NCBI GenBank assembly: GCA_031459535.1
Contig: JAVKIJ010000022.1
Span: forward strand, 1-37,437
Source: Candidatus Fervidifonticultor quintus
Lineage (GTDB): Bacteria > Sysuimicrobiota > Sysuimicrobiia > Sysuimicrobiales > Humicultoraceae
Direction: 5' to 3'
DNA length: 37,437 bases
The notes beneath the pieces are model-generated. The model saw only the letters and a program-made list of their open reading frames with translations. It had not been told where the DNA came from and did no database searches. Positions within the stretch are counted from its first letter, which is position 1; every line of letters begins with the position of its first letter. The translations under genes and the position numbers were made by a program. Shown here one piece after another: positions 1-8,243 of this stretch.

Positions 1-595
1 CGATCTGGATACCGTCCTGTCGCGCGATGGTGCGCAGGCGCTCCGTGATCTCCCGAAACGAGACCCGGCGGAAATCGAACCGCTGGCAGCGCGACAGCAC
101 CGTGGCCGGGATGCGGTGCGGTTCGGTGGTCACCAGCACGAAGACCGTGTGGGCCGGCGGCTCCTCCAGCGTCTTCAGCAGGGCATTGAAGGCGCTGGTG
201 GAGAGCATGTGGACCTCATCGATGATGTAGATCTTGTACCGGCCCTCGGTCGGCGCCAGCACGATCTTCTCCTTAAGATCGCGCACGTCGTCCACGCTGG
301 TGTTGCTGGCGCCGTCGATCTCGATGACGTCCATGCTGACGCCTTTGTTGATCGCCTCGCACTGGGGGCAGGTGTTGTCGGGCGTCGGCGTGGGTCCGTT
401 GGCGCAGTTGAGGGCTTTGGCCAGGATGCGGGCCGTGGTGGTCTTGCCCGTGCCCCGGTGCCCGGCGAAGAGATACGCGTGGGACGTGCGGCCGAACGCG
501 ATGGCGTTCTGCAGCGTGCGCGTGATGCGTTCCTGCCCGATGATCTCCTCGAACGTCTTGGGTCGCCAGCGACGGTAGACCGATATGTGGGACAC
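1..595 (-). CDS. dnaX: DNA polymerase III subunit gamma/tau, N-terminal part (runs off window)
   Basis: Not in the ORF track. Manual reverse translation from GTG at 595 gives [32 protein letters not shown]...[26 protein letters not shown]...[16 protein letters not shown]...[37 protein letters not shown] upstream. Confidence 0.97.
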   Translation of the reverse strand, partial: MSHISVYRRWRPKTFEEIIGQERITRTLQNAIAFGRTSHAYLFAGHRGTGKTTTARILAKALNCANGPTPTPDNTCPQCEAINKGVSMDVIEIDGASNTSVDDVRDLKEKIVLAPTEGRYKIYIIDEVHMLSTSAFNALLKTLEEPPAHTVFVLVTTEPHRIPATVLSRCQRFDFRRVSFREITERLRTIARQDGIQI

Positions 596-716
596 GATAG
601 GCACCTCGGCTCCGTGTATTTCGGCACGGTCTGGACGCCTCCTTGCCCCCTCTGGCGCAGGGCGGGGCCGGGGCGTACCATCAGGGGGAACCCATGCCGA
701 ACACCTGAGTGCGTTG

Positions 717-1550
717 ATGCCCCCGGCCGCCATCTACCCTGTCCCGCCCACCTCGGAGACCGCGCTCCTGATCCTGGTCTTCTTCCTGGCCCTCGGCGGT
801 CCGTTCTACGTCCTGGTGCTGCGCCCCGTCCGCGGGGAGCGGACCTGGGGGCTGGCCGAGATGGCGGCCATGGCCGTGCTGTTCATCCTGACCCTGCCGC
901 TGGCGGCCTCGGCGCTGGGGATCGGTCTGCCGCTTGGCCTGCGCGACCTCTCGCTGGTCACCATCGTACAGAACGCGCTCCTGGCCGGCGTGCCCGCGTA
1001 CGTGGCCATGCGCCGCTACGGGTTGCCGGCGGCGTCGCTGGGTCTGCGGGCCGACGGCTGGCCGCGGCACGCGGGGGTGGGCCTCGCGGCGGCGGCGGTG
1101 GTGGTGGGGTTGTCCGTGGCCGGTGAGCACGCGGCCGTCTACCTGCTCGGTCTCGTGGAGGGGCCCCAGCAGGCCGCGCTGCGCGCGGCCGCCGAGCACG
1201 CCGATGATCCGCTGCTCCCCGTGCTGGGCACGTTGTCCGGTCCGGGGCCCGTGGCGTGGTTCTTCCTTCTGGTATGCGTGGTGGTGCCGGTCGGCGAGGA
1301 GATCTTCTTCCGGGGATTCGTCTACGGCGGCCTGCGCGCCCGGTGGGGGGTGCCGGTTGCGGTGCTGGCCAGCGCCCTGTTCTTCGCCGCCGTCCACCTG
1401 CAGCTCGTCCACGGGCTCCCTATCTTCCTGCTCGGGGTTGTCTTCGCCTGGGTCTATCAACGCACCGGCAGCCTGGTACCCGCGATCGTCGCCCACGGAC
1501 TCAACAACCTGATCGCGGTGCTGTCCTTGTGGCGCGGCTGGGGCATCTAG
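717..1550 (+). CDS. CPBP (CAAX/Abi) family intramembrane metalloprotease
   Basis: Multi-TM protein with [13 protein letters not shown] and AHGLNN motifs. Start moved to ATG 717 because the longer ORF overlaps the dnaX start. Confidence 0.9.
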   Translation: MPPAAIYPVPPTSETALLILVFFLALGGPFYVLVLRPVRGERTWGLAEMAAMAVLFILTLPLAASALGIGLPLGLRDLSLVTIVQNALLAGVPAYVAMRRYGLPAASLGLRADGWPRHAGVGLAAAAVVVGLSVAGEHAAVYLLGLVEGPQQAALRAAAEHADDPLLPVLGTLSGPGPVAWFFLLVCVVVPVGEEIFFRGFVYGGLRARWGVPVAVLASALFFAAVHLQLVHGLPIFLLGVVFAWVYQRTGSLVPAIVAHGLNNLIAVLSLWRGWGI

Positions 1551-1559
1551 CTGCGCCGG

Positions 1560-2375
1560 CTAGCTCTCGGCCTTCCTGCGCACCTCGAGCTGGCCGGCGA
1601 CGCCCATGACGTGGAAGCCGCTGTCGGCGAACACGGTGTTCCCGGTCACCGACCGCGACAGGTCGCTGGCCAGGAACACAGCCACGTCGCCGATATCATC
1701 GATGGTGACGTTACGGCGCAGCGGCGCGATCTCCTCGACCGCGTCCCGAAACCCGGTGATGCCCTTCACGGCGCTGGCCGCCAGCGTGCGGATCGGGCCC
1801 GCCGAGATGGCGTTGACCCGCACGTGGCTCGGCCCTAGCTCGGCGGCCAGGTAGCGCACCTCGGTCTCCAGTGCGGCTTTCGCCACGGCCATGACGCCGT
1901 AGGAGGGCACCACGCGCTCCACGGCGTTGTACGTCAGGGTGATGATGCTGCCGCCTCCGCCGGCCTCCAGCAGCGGTCTGGCCGCCCCGGCGCACCGGAT
2001 GAGCGAGTACGCGCTGATATCCAGCGCCTGCGCGTAGCCCGCCCGGGAGATCTCCGAAAAGGGGCGCGCGAGCTCCTCGCGGCCGGCAAACGCCACGCAG
2101 TGGACCAGAACATCGAGGGCGCCCCAACGATCCTGCAGCCCGGCGAAGACTGCAGCAATCTCGTCATCGCTGGTGACGTCGCAGGGGAAGCAGGGAAAGC
2201 GGTCGGCTCCGCCCAGCTCGGCGAGCAAGCCCACGAGGTTCTCCCGCAGCCGCTCGCCCTGGTAGGTAAACGCCAGGATGGCGCCCTCCCGGTGGAACGC
2301 CCTGGCGATACCCCACGCGATGCTACGGTTGTTGGCCACGCCCATGATCAGGGCGCGCTTCCCCCCAAGGAGCAT
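1560..2375 (-). CDS. fabI: Enoyl-ACP reductase (NADH)
   Basis: GVANNRSIAWGIA, ALDISAYSL, YGVMAVAKAALE (YxxMxxxK) and VNAISAGPIRTLAAS motifs. Confidence 0.96.
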   Translation of the reverse strand: MLLGGKRALIMGVANNRSIAWGIARAFHREGAILAFTYQGERLRENLVGLLAELGGADRFPCFPCDVTSDDEIAAVFAGLQDRWGALDVLVHCVAFAGREELARPFSEISRAGYAQALDISAYSLIRCAGAARPLLEAGGGGSIITLTYNAVERVVPSYGVMAVAKAALETEVRYLAAELGPSHVRVNAISAGPIRTLAASAVKGITGFRDAVEEIAPLRRNVTIDDIGDVAVFLASDLSRSVTGNTVFADSGFHVMGVAGQLEVRRKAES

Positions 2376-2461
2376 GGTTCACCCCTGGAATGACGGAGCA
2401 GGACCGGCGGTCCGGTATCCCGGTTCGGGGCGGTGAGGCGCTCTCCCTGCCGGGCGCGCGC

Positions 2462-3073
2462 TCACTGGCCGTACCACTCTTTCCGCCAGGTCCGTAGCAT
2501 CGCCATCTCCCGCCGTTCGACCGCCGCGATGGTGCGGGCCAGGGTCTTGAAGTCCGCCCCGGCGCCCTTCTGGAGCACCAGGTCGGCGATGGCCGCATTC
2601 AGCTCGAAGCGGGCGATCATTAGGCTCAGGTAGCGTCGCTCCAGCGGCGCGCCGCGGAGCTGGCGCATCTGTTTGACGTCGGCGGTGACCACGTTGACGC
2701 CCCGCCGGCCTGGGGATGCACCCGCCGCAGCGAGCAGCGCCAGCAACTGCTTGACCTGGCCGTTCTTGCGCTCGACCATGCGCTGATTCCACTGCAGTAG
2801 CGGAGGATGGTCCGCGTTGAGGGTCGCGGCGTAGGCGATCTCGATGTCCTCTTCGAACCGCGGGACGAGCTCGCGCATGGCGGCCACGTCCAGATCACGG
2901 CCGGCCAGCCTGCCGAGCGAGGCCAGCGCGGGGTGCGGGGTTGGGATGGCCGCCGGCATCGGTGTGGCCACGCGCGGCGCGCCGGCCCAGGACGGTCCGG
3001 ACAGCACCGTGGCCGCGAGCGCGAGGAGGGCGCTGACGCCCAACACGCGCCTCACCGGGACGGCTCCAGCCAT
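2462..3073 (-). CDS. Exported DUF305-like (ferritin-like) protein, atypical
   Basis: Signal peptide, Pro-rich linker, then two helical repeats (LDVAAMRELVPRFEEDIEIA; LERRYLSLMIARFELNAAIA...LARTIAAVERREMAMLRTWRKEWY) matching the DUF305 pattern. Confidence 0.65.
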   Translation of the reverse strand: MAGAVPVRRVLGVSALLALAATVLSGPSWAGAPRVATPMPAAIPTPHPALASLGRLAGRDLDVAAMRELVPRFEEDIEIAYAATLNADHPPLLQWNQRMVERKNGQVKQLLALLAAAGASPGRRGVNVVTADVKQMRQLRGAPLERRYLSLMIARFELNAAIADLVLQKGAGADFKTLARTIAAVERREMAMLRTWRKEWYGQ

Positions 3074-4626
3074 GTGTTCCAGAAGTAGTGGGAGGGCAGG
3101 CCGTTGTAGCCTTTCAGTTCAGGCCGGTGCCCGTGCATGAAGAATCCCTCGCCGATGATCACCATGGGCATGTCGCGCCAGAACAGGGCCTGGGAGCGTC
3201 TCCAGAGATCCATGCGCACTTTGGGATCGGCATGCCGGCGCATGAGCGCCACCAGCGCGGCCTGCTCGCGGCTCTCGTAGCCACCCACATAGGTGGGGCT
3301 CAGGGCCAGATGGATGGTGGGGTCGGCGACCGTGGGGAAGTGGACCGGCGTGATGTCCCAGCCGTCCGCCCGGTTGCGTAGCGCCTGGTTGGTGGGCCAG
3401 TCGGTGACCACCAGCTCCACATTGAACCCTACGCGCTCCAGCTGCGCTTTGGCCACCGGCGCCGAGTTGTACGCCCAGAAGAAGTCGGAGATGACCAGCC
3501 AGCGCAACTGCTCACCCCGGTAGCCGGCCTCCTGCAGCAACCGACGCGCCAGGTCCGGACTATTGCGGTTGTAGTACTCCTTGCCGGCGTCGGTCCACAG
3601 GTAGTGCTCCTTGGGGAGCAGGCTGGAGTTGAGCCGGAAGAACTCGGGATGACCATAGGTGGCCCGCAAGATGGCCGGCGCGTCCAGGGCTGCGGCGAAG
3701 GCATGACGGAGCTTGGGGTTCGTCATGGGACCGGAGCGCTTGTTGAACACGAAAGCCAGGGTGCTGGGTAGTGGCGCTTTGATGGGGACGATTCCCGGTT
3801 CCCGGCGCAGGCGGTCGTATTCGTCCGGATTGAGGATTTCGGCAAAGTGGGCCTCGTTGCGGATGACCTGGGCGGTGCGCACCGCGGGATCGGGTACCGG
3901 TGTGAACACCAGGCCGTCCAGGTACGCCACCCGCTGGCCGGCCATCCCGTCGGGACGTTCACTGCGGGCGGAGTAGCGGTCGAACCGTTCGAACCGAATG
4001 TGGCGGTCGGGCACGTACTCCACGAAGCGGAAGGGCCCGGTCCCCACGAACCGGCGCAGCGGGGCGGCGCCGGCTTCCTCCACGATCTCCCGGGGATAGA
4101 TCACCGCCGGCTGAGCCCACCACGCCAGATCGGTGATGAGCAGGGCGTTGGGCTCCTTGAGCCGGATCGTCACCGTGGCGGCGTCTCGCGCGCTTACCGC
4201 TTCCACGTTGGCGAAGACCACGCGGCCCCGGGGGCTGGTGCGTCCCCACCGCGTCAGCGAGGCGACCACATCGTCGGCGGTCATCTCGCGCCCGTGGTGG
4301 AACAGCACCCCCCGTCGCAGCGGAATGGTATAGGTCCGCCTGTCGGCACTGACGCTGTAGCCCTCGGCCAGCATCGGTACCGGCTGGAGCCGCGCATTGA
4401 TGGTGAACAGCGGCTCCAGCGCGTGGTGCATGACGTAGGCAGCAATGAGCGCCGTGGTGGCGTGCGGATCCAGGGTCGGGGGATCACCGGCCAGCGCAAA
4501 GCGGAGCACCCCACCCCTTCGCGGCTGCTGGGCGTAGACAGGCGTCAGGGCCACCAGCGCCGTGAGCAGGGCCACCAGGAGCACTCCCACCGTCATGCCT
4601 GCGGCTCGCGTGCGACGCATCAACAT
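3052..4626 (-). CDS. ABC transporter substrate-binding protein, family 5 (DppA/OppA-like), no cognate permease nearby
   Basis: Signal peptide ending AQQPRRGGVLR, then DPPTLDP, LRRGVLFHHGREMTADDVVASL and VGTGPFRF motifs. Confidence 0.93.
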   Translation of the reverse strand: MLMRRTRAAGMTVGVLLVALLTALVALTPVYAQQPRRGGVLRFALAGDPPTLDPHATTALIAAYVMHHALEPLFTINARLQPVPMLAEGYSVSADRRTYTIPLRRGVLFHHGREMTADDVVASLTRWGRTSPRGRVVFANVEAVSARDAATVTIRLKEPNALLITDLAWWAQPAVIYPREIVEEAGAAPLRRFVGTGPFRFVEYVPDRHIRFERFDRYSARSERPDGMAGQRVAYLDGLVFTPVPDPAVRTAQVIRNEAHFAEILNPDEYDRLRREPGIVPIKAPLPSTLAFVFNKRSGPMTNPKLRHAFAAALDAPAILRATYGHPEFFRLNSSLLPKEHYLWTDAGKEYYNRNSPDLARRLLQEAGYRGEQLRWLVISDFFWAYNSAPVAKAQLERVGFNVELVVTDWPTNQALRNRADGWDITPVHFPTVADPTIHLALSPTYVGGYESREQAALVALMRRHADPKVRMDLWRRSQALFWRDMPMVIIGEGFFMHGHRPELKGYNGLPSHYFWNTWLEPSR

Positions 4627-4658
4627 ACCCTTTCACCCGATCGCGTCGAGAGGTTGAT

Positions 4659-4693
4659 ACTATACCATACTTGGCGGCACGCGCCGAGTGCAA
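4659..4693 (-). promoter_or_regulatory. Sigma70-type promoter for the family-5 binding protein gene
   Basis: Minus strand has TTGCAC-N18-TATGGT overlapping an extended -10 TGgTATAGT (4659-4667), in an AT-rich patch upstream of the ATG. Confidence 0.6.
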
Positions 4694-4705
4694 CGGGGGT
4701 GTCGT

Positions 4706-5356
4706 TCACCGCAGCTGCGATGCCAGCACCTGACGGGCCCAGGTGTGCCACTTCTCGGGGAGTTCCGGGGCGAGGAGCAACAAGCTGGCCCGGGATGGGT
4801 CGCGCAAATAGACGGCGTTGACGGTGCCGATCGTGACCCCATGCGCCGGGCGCACGACGACCCGCACCGGGTCACCGGCGGCGATTGATCCTTCGCGCAC
4901 GATTCTCAAGTAGGCCCCCGGCCGACCGGCGTCCGCGAACCGCCTGACGAACGAGGGGTCGTTCATGCGGGCGGCCAGCTTCCAGCACGGGATGCGTGGT
5001 TGGGCCACCTCCAGCACCGCGGTTCCCACTTCCCAGCGCTCGCCGATCACCGCGTCGGTCACGTTAACGCCGGCCAGGGTCAGGTTTTCGCCGAACTCGC
5101 CGGCGCCGATCGGCCGGCCCAGCTCGCCTTCCCACCAGACGGTATCTTCGCGGGCGTAGGCGTAGACGGCCTTGTCCGGCCCGCCATGTGCGCGGCGATC
5201 ACCCTGGTCGTCGCCGTCCAGGTTGACGCCCCGCACCGCCACGCGACCCGCCACCGGGGTCTTCCAGATCCCGCTGGGCGCCGTCTTGCCTCCCCAGGTG
5301 AGCAGCCGGACGCCCCCGACGTTGACCGAGAGTACGAGACCGACCGGTCCGTCCAT
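4706..5356 (-). CDS. MOSC domain protein (YiiM-like)
   Basis: SGIWK, GDDQGDRRAHGGPDKAVYAY, FGENLT, QPRIPCWKL and GRPGAYLR motifs. Confidence 0.93.
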   Translation of the reverse strand: MDGPVGLVLSVNVGGVRLLTWGGKTAPSGIWKTPVAGRVAVRGVNLDGDDQGDRRAHGGPDKAVYAYAREDTVWWEGELGRPIGAGEFGENLTLAGVNVTDAVIGERWEVGTAVLEVAQPRIPCWKLAARMNDPSFVRRFADAGRPGAYLRIVREGSIAAGDPVRVVVRPAHGVTIGTVNAVYLRDPSRASLLLLAPELPEKWHTWARQVLASQLR

Positions 5357-5386
5357 GCCTCTCTCTTCCCGTGGGACGGGCGTGGC

Positions 5387-5920
5387 CTACAGGTCGTAGG
5401 CCAGCACGACGGTTTGGTAGGCCGGGATGAACGCCTGGCGCTTGAACCCGAAGCGCTCGAGCGACGAGATGAGCCGCTCCTGATCCGCAAACAGCTCGAC
5501 CACGAGGGTCCGCAACCCTTCATTGCGGGCGATGGTCATGATTTCGTTCAAGAGCAAGGCTCCCAGGCCCCGGTGCCGGTAGGACGGGTGGACATAGCAC
5601 CGGAACCGGCCCACCGTGGCGCTGGTGGCCTTGCGGTGGAGCGTGGCATCCGCGACCAGGCGGCCATCGGCTTCGGCCACGACCGGCAGCACCCGCTCGT
5701 AGTTGACATACCGGCACCAGCGCCGCACGACCCGTTCGTCGAGCACGTTGTCGCGCAGCTCCCGCAGATCGCTGTACGAGATATCGGCGAACAGAGCGAC
5801 CAGCCGGTCCGCATCCTCGGGCACCAATACCCGTAGTGTGACCGGCGAGCCGTCGCTGAGGCTGACGCGCCGGGGCAGGTGCGCCCATGCCGTGCCCGAG
5901 CCAGGAGTGAATGGCGCCAT
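5387..5920 (-). CDS. GNAT family N-acetyltransferase
   Basis: DGSPVTLRVLVPED N-terminus and VHPSYRHRGLGALLL (acetyl-CoA motif A). Start uncertain (5920 vs 5959). Confidence 0.85.
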   Translation of the reverse strand: MAPFTPGSGTAWAHLPRRVSLSDGSPVTLRVLVPEDADRLVALFADISYSDLRELRDNVLDERVVRRWCRYVNYERVLPVVAEADGRLVADATLHRKATSATVGRFRCYVHPSYRHRGLGALLLNEIMTIARNEGLRTLVVELFADQERLISSLERFGFKRQAFIPAYQTVVLAYDL

Positions 5921-6016
5921 GGCACCCACACCATAACAAGCGTGTCGGCTCGGCGCCATCCATCGGCAACCCGATTTCCGGAAACCCGACCCCAGGGCTC
6001 GCAGCCCTCGGCCGAC

Positions 6017-6856
6017 CTATCTCTCGATCGGCACGTCTACGAGGCTACCCCACTCGGTCCACGAGCCGTCGTAGTTGCGGACCCTGGGGTACCCGAGCAG
6101 CTCCCGCAGGACGAACCATGTGTGCGACGAGCGCTCGCCAATCCGGCAGTACGTGATGATCTCCCGCTCGGGCGTGATGCCTTGACCCTCGTAGAGGGCC
6201 CGCAGCTCTTCCGGCGACCTGAACGTCCCGTCCTCGCGCACCGCCATCCCCCACGGGATGTTGACCGCCCCGGGTATGTGCCCGCCGCGCTGCGCGCCTT
6301 CCTGTGGCAGGTGCTCAGGTGCCAGCAGCTCGCCCGAGTACTCCTTCGGCGAACGGACGTCGACCAGACCCACCGAGGGCTGGCCGAGCCGATCGTACAC
6401 GTGCTGGCGAAACGCCCGGATGTCGGCGTCGGGCTCACGGGCCACGTAGCGCGTCGGCGGATAGGAGGGTATGGCCGTCGACAACGGACGTCCCTCGTCG
6501 ACCCACTTCTTGCGGCCGCCGTTCATAACCCGGGCGGCGGCGTGCCCGTAGTACGTGAACACCCAGTAGGCCCAGGTGGCGAACCAGTTGTTGTTGTCCC
6601 CATAGAAGATGACCGTGTGGTTGTTGCCGATCCCGAGTCGGCCGAGCAGCGTCTCGAAGTCGGTCTTGCCGAGGAAGTCGCGGCGGACCGGATTCTGGAT
6701 ATCACTCTTCCAGTTGAGCCCGATCGCGCCGGGCACGTGGCCCTGGTCGTAGGCGGTCGTGTCCACGTCGACCTCGACGATGCGCAGCGACGGGTCTCCA
6801 AGCTGCTCCGCCACCCACGCCGTCTCCACGAGGACTTGCGGCTTCGCGTATCCCAT
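6017..6856 (-). CDS. Tandem-domain sulfurtransferase (rhodanese, CysA/SseA type)
   Basis: GHVPGA, GGHIPGAVNIPW, catalytic loop YCRIGERSS and NYDGSWTEWG motifs. ATG at 6856 follows an AAGGGGGTG RBS. Confidence 0.95.
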   Translation of the reverse strand: MGYAKPQVLVETAWVAEQLGDPSLRIVEVDVDTTAYDQGHVPGAIGLNWKSDIQNPVRRDFLGKTDFETLLGRLGIGNNHTVIFYGDNNNWFATWAYWVFTYYGHAAARVMNGGRKKWVDEGRPLSTAIPSYPPTRYVAREPDADIRAFRQHVYDRLGQPSVGLVDVRSPKEYSGELLAPEHLPQEGAQRGGHIPGAVNIPWGMAVREDGTFRSPEELRALYEGQGITPEREIITYCRIGERSSHTWFVLRELLGYPRVRNYDGSWTEWGSLVDVPIER

Positions 6857-6951
6857 AGCGCACCCCCCTTGCGCGTTGACCGATACGGTCTTGGGCACTG
6901 TCAATCGCGGCAGTGCGGACTGTGTGAATTGCCAGCGAAGCTGAAGCGTGA

Positions 6952-6975
6952 GGCGGAGGTCGCTAGACCTCCGCC
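6952..6975 (-). promoter_or_regulatory. Perfect 10-bp GC hairpin in the sulfurtransferase leader (attenuator candidate)
   Basis: GGCGGAGGTC-GCTA-GACCTCCGCC with no U-tract. The hairpin is directly visible; its function is inferred. Confidence 0.55.
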
Positions 6976-7043
6976 CGAGGACAGATGCAGTCGCGCGGGC
7001 GCGGCACCAGTCGAGTATGCGGAGTTCCCGGGCGCGGCAGCAT
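6963..7043 (-). CDS. Putative 26-aa Cys-containing leader peptide MLPRPGTPHTRLVPRPRDCICPRAEV
   Basis: Manually translated. ATG lies 10 nt after an extended -10 TGaTATCAT, and the TAG lies in the loop of the 6952-6975 hairpin. Confidence 0.4.
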   Translation of the reverse strand: MLPRPGTPHTRLVPRPRDCICPRAEV

Positions 7044-7107
7044 TATATTTCACATGATATCACGGCGCCCAGGGGGAAACTACCGGGCCCCGCTGAACAG
7101 AAGGCGT

Positions 7108-8133
7108 ATGGACCGCGTGTGGGTGCGCGTCGCGCTGTGGGGCGCCGGCCTGCTGGCCGCGGCCTGGATCCTCGGCCGGTTCAGTACCCTGGTCGTCGTG
7201 GCCGTCGTCTGCGGCATCGTCACCTTCCCGATCTATCCTGTGGTGGACTGGCTCGAGCGACGCTGGCGCCTACCCCGCGGCCTGGCCGCCGCGCTGGTGC
7301 TCGCGGGCGTGCTGGTGGTGATCGCCCTGGGCGTGGTCAGCGTCATCCCCTGGGTCGTCGCTCAGGCCCAGCTGTTGCTGGCCATCGCGCCGCGGGGCAT
7401 TGTCGCGGTGAGAGATCTGCTGACCCACTGGCAGATGCGGGTCGCCGAGCCCACCTTCCCTCAGTTCCTGCGGACCGTCTGGGAGCAGGCCGGCGAGGCG
7501 GCGGTCGGCGCCGCCAACGCGACGGCGCAGCGGCTGGTGCGGGCCCTGCTCAACTGGTTTGGCCGACTGTATCTGTTGCTGCTCGTCCCGTTCATTGTCT
7601 ACTTCATCCTGCTGGACTACCGGGCGATTCGGGGGGCTGCACTCTCCCTGCTCCGCGAGCCGGCCCGCGCGCACGTGGCCGGCCTGCTGGAGAAGCTCAA
7701 CGGGACGCTGCGTTGGGGCCTGGGGGCCCAGGTGGTTGTCAGTGCCATCGTGGGCGTGCTGACCGCCGCGGGCCTGGCGGTGCTGGGAGTGCCCGGCTAC
7801 ATCGCGATCGGCATCTTCGGGGGCATCGCCGAAGCCATTCCGTACCTGGGAGGCTTCGCGACCTATGGCGTGGCGCTGCTGGCCGCGGCACCGATGGGTG
7901 GCGCCACCTGGGTCTGGGCGATGCTGGTAGTGACGGCGGTGAAGCTCCTGTCGAACGTCTTGGTGCCGCTCGTACTCGGGCGCATGACGCAAACGCACCC
8001 CCTGGCGATCATCGCGGCGCTGCTGGCGCTGGGGCAGCTCTTCGGCGTCCTGGGGATGTTCTTCGCGGTGCCGGTCGTCGTGGTGATTCGCGAGGTCCTC
8101 GCCTGGTGGCGGGAGAGGGCAGCGGGCACGTAG
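7108..8133 (+). CDS. AI-2E family transporter
   Basis: Multi-TM protein with YPVVDWLERR, FIVYFILLD, EAIPYLG, THPLAIIAALL and GVLGMFFAVP motifs. Start moved to ATG 7108. Confidence 0.9.
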   Translation: MDRVWVRVALWGAGLLAAAWILGRFSTLVVVAVVCGIVTFPIYPVVDWLERRWRLPRGLAAALVLAGVLVVIALGVVSVIPWVVAQAQLLLAIAPRGIVAVRDLLTHWQMRVAEPTFPQFLRTVWEQAGEAAVGAANATAQRLVRALLNWFGRLYLLLLVPFIVYFILLDYRAIRGAALSLLREPARAHVAGLLEKLNGTLRWGLGAQVVVSAIVGVLTAAGLAVLGVPGYIAIGIFGGIAEAIPYLGGFATYGVALLAAAPMGGATWVWAMLVVTAVKLLSNVLVPLVLGRMTQTHPLAIIAALLALGQLFGVLGMFFAVPVVVVIREVLAWWRERAAGT

Positions 8134-8243
8134 GCAGGCGAGGGGCAGCGCCGCGGCGTAATGTTTCGAGGGCTGATTCCCGGGCTGCACGCAGGCTCGG
8201 GAAGCTCTCAACGCGCACGTCCATTTCGGTGTGAGGAGTACTC

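Noticed and set aside
596-716. SRP RNA upstream of dnaX, or a dnaX frameshift signal
   Set aside because: No SRP domain IV motif is visible, and the dnaX region that would hold a slippery site lies outside the window.
116-1126. Long alternative ORFs (116-1126, 6948-8234, 8409-9608, 27397-28773 and similar)
   Set aside because: These are shadow ORFs antisense or out of frame to well-supported genes, with Arg/Gly/Pro-rich translations typical of high-GC DNA.
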